Shown here: piece by piece, positions 58,260-64,000 of the stretch
Position numbering within the stretch: the first letter of the stretch is position 1
How the letters are laid out: every line of letters begins with the position of its first letter
Assembly (NCBI GenBank): GCA_963770295.1
Contig: CAVYPA010000002.1
Span: forward strand, 53,672-117,671
Direction of reading: 5' to 3'
DNA length: 64,000 nt
DNA from: an uncultured Alphaproteobacteria bacterium
Lineage (GTDB): Bacteria; Pseudomonadota; Alphaproteobacteria; Rhizobiales; Hyphomicrobiaceae
The notes under the pieces: model-generated
Databases searched by the model: none
Told to the model about the DNA's origin: nothing
What the model saw: the letters and a program-made list of their open reading frames with translations, nothing else
Position numbers and translations under genes: made by a program

Positions 58260-59127
58260 CGAATTCTGCTGCAGTGTGCGCAGCCTGATCAGCGCGAAAA
58301 TAGGAGTCCGCCTTCAGGCCTTCGCGAAAGTTGCGTTCGATTTCGCGTTTGCTGGCTTTCACGAGTGCAATCTGCTCTTGCGTCGCCAGTAGCTTTTTCT
58401 CGGCATCGTCTTTCTGGCGCAGGGCATCTTGCTGTTGGGACAGAACATGATAGCCAGCGCCGCTGACCACGGCTGCGCACACTAGGAGCGCAAACACGCC
58501 GATCCGCATGATCGACCTCCTACGCCCAGACGCATCAACTTTCGCGCTTAGCTCCGTCGCGGCACCGACAGACGCCCCGGCATTTCGGGCAGGCATTTCC
58601 TGAGGGCGCTTGCGTTCGCCGTCGAAGTCGCGACCTCCCTGCTGATCTCCTGCGGTGCGCAGCAGTTGCGAGTAGCCAGGTCGAGCGTCAAGATCCGCAG
58701 TGAGTGCGACACCGAGGCGCTGCAGACCAGCGCCGAATCCAGAACCGGGCGACTCTCTGTCCGCATAGAAAGAGATCCTTTCAGGACCTCTCGCCCGGAC
58801 TGGCGGGCTGATCTGATCGAGCGGATGGCAAGTTACGCAGACGGTACGCTTACCAAGGCGTGCCGCCTCTTCGAGTTCCCAGCGGCAGATTTCACTCGTC
58901 GCCGAAGCTGACGACACCACGCACACGACCGCCTCAGATTCTTCAATGAGCTGGCCGAGCCTACGTTGCCAATCGTCAAGGCCTAAAATCCTATCGCGGC
59001 CAGCGGTGATGGAAAACCCACCATAGAGCAGAGCTTTTTCAAGCTGATCTGCAAAATCAAAATCGTCCCGGGAGCAAGAGATGAAGACCCGCAGCCTCCC
59101 GCTGGCCGTCCCAGTGGCCTTGGACAT
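58204..59127 (-). CDS. TIR domain, single TM helix, coiled-coil protein (N-terminal part of a TIR-WD40 protein)
   Basis: 'RVFISCSRDDFDFADQLEKALLYGGFSI...AVVCVVSSASATSEICRWELEEAARLGKRTVCV' is a TIR_2-like domain. The TM is 'RRRSIMRIGVFALLVCAAVVSGAGYHVL'. The charged helix is 'QQQDALRQKDDAEKKLLATQEQIALVKASKREIERNF'. Confidence 0.8.
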   Translation of the reverse strand: MSKATGTASGRLRVFISCSRDDFDFADQLEKALLYGGFSITAGRDRILGLDDWQRRLGQLIEESEAVVCVVSSASATSEICRWELEEAARLGKRTVCVTCHPLDQISPPVRARGPERISFYADRESPGSGFGAGLQRLGVALTADLDARPGYSQLLRTAGDQQGGRDFDGERKRPQEMPARNAGASVGAATELSAKVDASGRRRSIMRIGVFALLVCAAVVSGAGYHVLSQQQDALRQKDDAEKKLLATQEQIALVKASKREIERNFREGLKADSYFRADQAAHTAAEFGAGDPARPGRPARRNVRR

Positions 59128-59562
59128 GCGCGGCTCCCCCCTGATGCCAACGCCCCGCTATGTAAAAAGACATTATGCTGTCGACCGGAGTGCGTGCAAG
59201 CGGGTCAAAATGCGGAGGAACCAGCGACGGCACTAGCGTGGCTCTACCACCACGCCCTTGAAACCCGACGCTGCCGTCGGCATTGCGCCGCCCTCTCGGC
59301 GCCGTGTGGGATCCTGACCGGGCTCAGCGGATAGTGCCATTTGTGCCCTGAGGTCAGCCGCGAGCGCGGTTGAAACCCATGCGCAGGAGCGGCCGGCAAC
59401 CCCCGACTTGCTGGGGGTCTTTGAGCGACGATCGAGCGTCACGATCTGTTCCTCGGCCCAACCACAATCGCGCCATACGAAATTCCGAGCCGATCGCACC
59501 GGCATCGACTTCATCGCCGTCATGCCCAGCTCGGTTTTGCGCCGCGCATTCGCGGCCTGGTT

Positions 59563-61059
59563 TCAATTGGCGTCAGGCAGACGACGATGGAGATGGAATG
59601 GCGCACGCGCGTGCGCCAGACAGAAATGCCCAACGAGATCGCGGAAGGGCTCGGCAGCCTCCGTAGCCCCGGCGTTAGCTGCATCAAGCCGCTCAACCGC
59701 CGCCTCGACCTGCCGCCGCAGGCGGGTTTCGTCGAGCGTCAGCATGCGGCCCCCGCGCAGCACGAAGCGACCGTCAATCATCACGCTGTCGATCGCCGCG
59801 CCGTTCTCTGCAAGCACCAACTGCCGCAGGGGATTGCGCAGCGGTACGTAATTGATGTGGCCGATGTCGAGAAAGACGATGTCTGCCCGATAATCCGGCT
59901 CCAGGCGGCCGATGTGCTCGAAGCCGAGAATCGCGGCACTTCCCTCGGTCGCGGCTCGAAACGCCTCTTCGACCGACAGCCAGCGTGCGGGGTCGGCGTC
60001 GGCGATGCGCGATAGCAGGGCTGCCAAGCGTTGCGCCTCGAACATGTTTTGCCCGTCGGAAGTATTGCTGGCATCGGTGCCGATCCCAACTCGTACGCCG
60101 GCGTCGAGAAGCGCGCGCGCAGGTGCAACACCAGAGCCAAGCCGAAGGTTGCTCATTGGATTGTGGACGACGCCGGCGCCGGCATCCGCGAGGCGAGCGA
60201 TATCGTCACCATCAAGCCAGATGCCGTGCGCAGCGCTGAAGCGAGGGCCGAGTACGCCCAGCCCCTGCAGATGCGCCACTAGGCTCTTGCCGTATTTCTG
60301 CAATCCGAGCATGGCCTGCGCCTTGCTCTCGGCCACGTGCGTCTGCACCACAACGCCATACTCTTCCGCGAGTTGCACGCATGCCAGCAGAAATGCATCA
60401 CTGCAATGCAGCGGAATGGTTGGCCCAAGCGCAGGTCGCAACAGGTCTCGGTCGAACCGCCAATTACCGAGGATCTCCCGGGCGGCCCCCACGCTGGCCT
60501 CGTAGGGAGCTGCCGTGATTTGCCGCGCGCGCTCTTGTAGCTGCTGCGGCAGGGCCTCCATCAATCCCGGCAAAGCCGAATATAGGGTGCGATCGGCCAT
60601 CATAGGCGCGATGACGGCGCGCATTCCGACCTCACCGTAGGCCTCGGCCACCGCATCCATTCCTTCGCGCGAGGGTACCGGGTATTCGACAAAAAGGTCG
60701 TAGGCGGCGGTGCAACCCTTGCGCACCAATTCGACCGCGGTCAGCGTCGCGCTGAGGCGCTTATCCTCGATGGTGCGGCTGCCATTGATGGCACCGCTGG
60801 CGCTGAGGAATACCTCGAGCGGCATGCGATCGGCCACAGCGCCCTTGCCCAATCCGCCGTGCCCATGCGTATGACCGTTGACGAGGCCGGGCACCAGCAG
60901 GCGATCGCTCGCCTCGATGCGCATAAGGTTACCGCGCGTGATTTGCCCAGGCGGCTCAATCGCACGGATAAAGCCGTCCTCGATCAACACGTCCGCCGGC
61001 CTGCAAGTCTTGAGGTCAGCACGGAGCACGTGCCCACCACTGATTAACATGAAAGTCAC
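59563..61059 (-). CDS. Amidohydrolase-superfamily deaminase/chlorohydrolase-like enzyme
   Basis: 498 aa. 'LLVPGLVNGHTHGHGG' (HxH), 'VQTHVAES', 'HNPMSNLRLGSG', 'GIGTDASNTSDGQNM'. Confidence 0.8.
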   Translation of the reverse strand: MTFMLISGGHVLRADLKTCRPADVLIEDGFIRAIEPPGQITRGNLMRIEASDRLLVPGLVNGHTHGHGGLGKGAVADRMPLEVFLSASGAINGSRTIEDKRLSATLTAVELVRKGCTAAYDLFVEYPVPSREGMDAVAEAYGEVGMRAVIAPMMADRTLYSALPGLMEALPQQLQERARQITAAPYEASVGAAREILGNWRFDRDLLRPALGPTIPLHCSDAFLLACVQLAEEYGVVVQTHVAESKAQAMLGLQKYGKSLVAHLQGLGVLGPRFSAAHGIWLDGDDIARLADAGAGVVHNPMSNLRLGSGVAPARALLDAGVRVGIGTDASNTSDGQNMFEAQRLAALLSRIADADPARWLSVEEAFRAATEGSAAILGFEHIGRLEPDYRADIVFLDIGHINYVPLRNPLRQLVLAENGAAIDSVMIDGRFVLRGGRMLTLDETRLRRQVEAAVERLDAANAGATEAAEPFRDLVGHFCLAHARAPFHLHRRLPDAN

Positions 61060-62609
61060 GCCGATCGCCTCGCCATACCTTGTGTCATGTGTCGCCCGAT
61101 CTCATAGCGGTCGGCGCTGGCACGATCCGTTTCATAGGTAATGCGTCCGCCGGCCATCACCAGCACGCGGTCAGACAGCTCAAGCACCTCATCGAGGTCC
61201 TCGCTGATTAACAGTACGGCGGCCCCATCGTCGCGGGCGCGCATGATCTGGCGCCGAATTTCGCCGGCGGCCGCAACGTCGAGCCCAAAGCACGGGTTTT
61301 GCATGATCAGCAGCCGCACTGCGCGCGCAAGTTCGCGCGCCAATACCGTGCGCTGGATGTTGCCGCCTGACAGCGTGTTCAGCGGCGCTGAAGCCGAGCC
61401 GGCACGGATGCCGTAGCGCGAGATCAGCGCGTGCGCGAACGGGTGTAACGCGCGCCGCTTCAGCACGAATCCAGCGATTGCTATGGGAGGTCGATCGAAT
61501 TGCCGCAGAGCCAGGTTTTCCATTACCGACATGGAAGGGACAGCGGCATTGGCGAGGGGTTCTTCGATCAGCAAGGACACGCCCCATCGTTCCAGTTCGC
61601 GCCGCGTACCGCGAAACGCGTGCCCGCCCACGCGCACGCTTCCGGCGTGTCTATCGCGCTGACCAGCGAGGATCTGCACCAGTTCTTTCTGGCCGTTGCC
61701 GGAGACACCGGCGACACCAACAATCTCGCCCGGGCGAACGCTGAGGCTCGCGCCTATCACGGCCGGCGTGCCTCGGTCGCCGACTGCGTCAATGCCTGCG
61801 AGCTCGAGATAGGGATCGGTGGCCCGCGGCGCGGCCTTGCGCGGCCGGTCGGTCTTTTCGGCCGATGCGGGTTCATCGAACATCATCCGTGCCAAGCTCG
61901 GTTCCGACGCTGCAACGACCTCGGTTTGGGCCACCACCTTGCCGCCGCGCAAAATGGTTACGTCCTGGGCAAATCGCACCACTTCACGTAGCTTATGCGT
62001 GATGAACACGACGGTGAGCAGCCGCGCGTCGGTCAGGCGGCGCATCTCGCCCAGCACTTCGTCGGCCTCGGTAGGGGTGAGGACAGACGTCGGTTCATCG
62101 AGCACGATGAAGCGTCGGTTGAGGTAGAGCTGCTTCAAGATCTCGAGTTTTTGTTTCTCGCCAGCCGCCAGCGTCGCCACGAGGCGCCGGGGATCAAGCC
62201 GGAACGGCATGCGTGCCATGAAGGCATCGAGCGCGGCGTGCTCGCTGCCCCAGTCAATTATGGCGGGGAGGCGCTCACGCCCGAGTAGGAAGTTCTCCGC
62301 CACGGTCATCTGCGGCACCAGCGTGAAATGCTGATAAACCATGCCGAGCCCGAGGGCATGCGCGTGGCGCGAATGCAACATGACGCGCCGATGCCCGTCC
62401 ACCAGAATTTGTCCGGCGTCGGCGCGGTAGTAACCCATCAGACACTTGACGAGCGTGCTCTTTCCGGCACCGTTTTCGCCAAGGAGCGCGTGCACGCGCC
62501 CGGCGCGAAATCTCGTTGAGACCCGGTCGAGCGCGCGCACAGCAGCAAAACTTTTGGATAGGTCGGCAACCTCGATGTCGGGCGGGGCGGGCGTCGGCTT
62601 GTCACTCAT
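61056..62609 (-). CDS. ABC transporter ATP-binding protein with duplicated ATPase domains (sugar/nucleoside, CUT2-like)
   Basis: 517 aa. Walker A 'GENGAGKST', signature 'LAAGEKQKLEIL', a second domain 'GVSGNGQKEL' and 'LSGGNIQRTVLAREL'. Its stop overlaps the downstream amidohydrolase start (ATGA at 61056-59). Confidence 0.9.
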   Translation of the reverse strand: MSDKPTPAPPDIEVADLSKSFAAVRALDRVSTRFRAGRVHALLGENGAGKSTLVKCLMGYYRADAGQILVDGHRRVMLHSRHAHALGLGMVYQHFTLVPQMTVAENFLLGRERLPAIIDWGSEHAALDAFMARMPFRLDPRRLVATLAAGEKQKLEILKQLYLNRRFIVLDEPTSVLTPTEADEVLGEMRRLTDARLLTVVFITHKLREVVRFAQDVTILRGGKVVAQTEVVAASEPSLARMMFDEPASAEKTDRPRKAAPRATDPYLELAGIDAVGDRGTPAVIGASLSVRPGEIVGVAGVSGNGQKELVQILAGQRDRHAGSVRVGGHAFRGTRRELERWGVSLLIEEPLANAAVPSMSVMENLALRQFDRPPIAIAGFVLKRRALHPFAHALISRYGIRAGSASAPLNTLSGGNIQRTVLARELARAVRLLIMQNPCFGLDVAAAGEIRRQIMRARDDGAAVLLISEDLDEVLELSDRVLVMAGGRITYETDRASADRYEIGRHMTQGMARRSA

Positions 62610-63535
62610 CGCGAAATCGATAGCTCACTCGGTGCGCCGGCCAGAGTGCGAGTGCGCGAGGAACTGTAGATCAGCAGGCCGAGCGTCAGGACATAGGGGG
62701 CGGCGTAGAACAGATAGTAGCCTTCGCTGATACCGACCGTCTGTACCGCCGGCCCGATGGCCGAGGCACCCCCGAACAGCAAAGAGGCGTAAAAGCAGCG
62801 CAACGGGCTCCAGCGGGCGAAAATCACCAGTGCTATCGCCATCAGACCCTGGCCGCTTGACAGACCCTCGTTCCAATTTCCAGGGTAGTACAGAGACAAG
62901 AAACCACCGCCGAGACCGGAAAGGAACCCACCGGCCATTGTAGCCAGCGTACGGATGCGATGCACGGAAAGGCCGATGGCGCGCGCGGCATCGGCGCTCT
63001 CACCGGCAATACGAAGGATGAGACCCCAGCGCGTGTTTTTGAAGCCCCACTCCAGAATGATGGCGAGCGCAATGCCGACGAAGAACATCGGGCTGATTTC
63101 AAAGGCCGAGCGGATCGCCGGATTGGCGCTCCAGTTGCCGAGGGGCAGTCCGGGCAGCATCGCCGCACGCGGCTCGATGAATGGCTTGCCGAGAAAGAAC
63201 GCCAGGCCGATGCCGAAAATGAGCAGCGCGATGCCGACGGCGATGTCGTTGACACGAGGCAGATTGCAGATGGCAGCGTGTAGCAATCCGAGCGCGCTGC
63301 CCGCAACGCCGGCAGCGAGCATGCCGAGCCAGGGTGAGCCCGTCAGATAACACGTCGCAAACGCGCTCATGGCGCCGAGCACCAGGGTGCCCTCCAAACC
63401 GAGGTTCACCCGGCCGCTTTTCTCGGTCAGGGTCTCGCCGAGACTCACGAGCAGATAGGGCGTGGAAACGCGGATCGCACCGGCAACAATGGCGAGCAGC
63501 ACGCCCCACCAGCCGAGATCGAAGGTGCCCGTCAT
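62606..63535 (-). CDS. ABC transporter permease (BPD_transp_2 type)
   Basis: 309 aa, polytopic. Start and stop codons overlap the neighbouring genes. Confidence 0.85.
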   Translation of the reverse strand: MTGTFDLGWWGVLLAIVAGAIRVSTPYLLVSLGETLTEKSGRVNLGLEGTLVLGAMSAFATCYLTGSPWLGMLAAGVAGSALGLLHAAICNLPRVNDIAVGIALLIFGIGLAFFLGKPFIEPRAAMLPGLPLGNWSANPAIRSAFEISPMFFVGIALAIILEWGFKNTRWGLILRIAGESADAARAIGLSVHRIRTLATMAGGFLSGLGGGFLSLYYPGNWNEGLSSGQGLMAIALVIFARWSPLRCFYASLLFGGASAIGPAVQTVGISEGYYLFYAAPYVLTLGLLIYSSSRTRTLAGAPSELSISR

Positions 63536-64000
63536 GCAGCCCCCCGGCGGGGCAGGAGCCGCCCTCGAAAGGTGCCACTAGCGAGCACGCAGAGGAAGAT
63601 CAGTCCCTGCAACACAGTGGTCGCAGCGTGCGGAATGTCGAAGCGGCGCTGGAGCAGTCCGCCGCTGGCCGAAATTCCGCCGAGCACCAGGGCTACCAGG
63701 ACCACTGCCAGGGCATTTTGGCGCGCAAGAAAAGCCACAAGAATGCCGGCGTAGCCGAGTCCGACAACCAGGGATTCGCTGGCGGCGCCGTGTACCGCCA
63801 CGATCTCAATGGCGCCGGCGAGCCCAGCGGCGGCGCCGCCCAGGAAGCAGGCAAGCAGAACGAGCCGGCCAATCGGCAGACCCGTCATTTGTGCCGCGCG
63901 CCGATTACCACCCAGTATATCCATCGCGAAGCCGAGCGTCGTGTGGCGCAGAAGCAGGTGCAGCGCACCACAGACAACAAGGCCGATGATCAAACCCCAA
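63532..64000 (-). CDS. ABC transporter permease, 3' part (5' end outside the window)
   Basis: The hydrophobic ORF is open to the window edge. Its stop overlaps the next permease start at 63532-35. Confidence 0.8.
   Translation of the reverse strand, partial: WGLIIGLVVCGALHLLLRHTTLGFAMDILGGNRRAAQMTGLPIGRLVLLACFLGGAAAGLAGAIEIVAVHGAASESLVVGLGYAGILVAFLARQNALAVVLVALVLGGISASGGLLQRRFDIPHAATTVLQGLIFLCVLASGTFRGRLLPRRGAA

Noticed and set aside
58260-58322. Programmed ribosomal frameshift joining the TIR and WD40 frames.
   Set aside because: A +1 shift would be needed. I see no known +1 shift-prone site in the permissible window, no stimulatory SD-like element and no obvious downstream structure. A mutation or sequencing error is the simpler reading.
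1-64000. Search for tRNA, rRNA, tmRNA, riboswitches, integrase-bounded islands, toxin-antitoxin pairs, restriction-modification and other named defence systems.
   Set aside because: I noticed no T-loop/acceptor-like tRNA signatures, no rRNA-like stretches, no tyrosine or serine recombinase, and no recognisable TA, RM, CBASS, Thoeris-partner, retron, Gabija, Septu or similar genes. My scan was visual and may miss short RNAs.

Overview
The window is high-GC DNA, by eye roughly 60-65%, with one islet of lower GC at about 17.9-20.6 kb. The gene content looks alphaproteobacterial, possibly Bradyrhizobium/Nitrobacteraceae-like, but that is inference from protein families only. I found no rRNA, tRNA or CRISPR array.

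Intact genes are mostly catabolic and redox:
- an intradiol dioxygenase, an alpha/beta hydrolase and amidohydrolases
- a 2Fe-2S plus molybdopterin hydroxylase pair followed by DoxX
- SDRs, a saccharopine-dehydrogenase-like protein and an LLM oxidoreductase
- a doubled family-III CoA-transferase
- an SBP56/methanethiol-oxidase-like protein
- an acyl desaturase, an M16C protease, a nucleoside/sugar-type ABC importer and two cold-shock genes

The window also holds a two-component/cyclase cluster and four IS elements or remnants: one intact IS110, one IS110 3' remnant, one decayed IS630 and one IS481-type fragment. About 17 loci are frameshifted, truncated or nonsense-mutated, so this looks like a decaying accessory region.

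Most interesting observations:
1. A TIR / single-TM / coiled-coil / 16x WD40 protein (55974-59127, minus strand). Its predicted topology resembles a Toll-like receptor, with a cytosolic TIR and a repeat ectodomain. It has no NTPase and no known TIR-system partner. Its 41-aa repeats are unusually uniform, and a frame break separates the TIR and WD40 parts.
2. Two tandem paralogous mini-ORFs of about 30 codons, each encoding a single-TM peptide, in the low-GC islet.
3. A head-to-tail fusion of two family-III CoA-transferase domains in which only the second half keeps the catalytic Asp.
4. A duplicated histidine kinase / response regulator module caught in stepwise decay.

All family assignments are by-eye motif recognition. 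No database search was possible.
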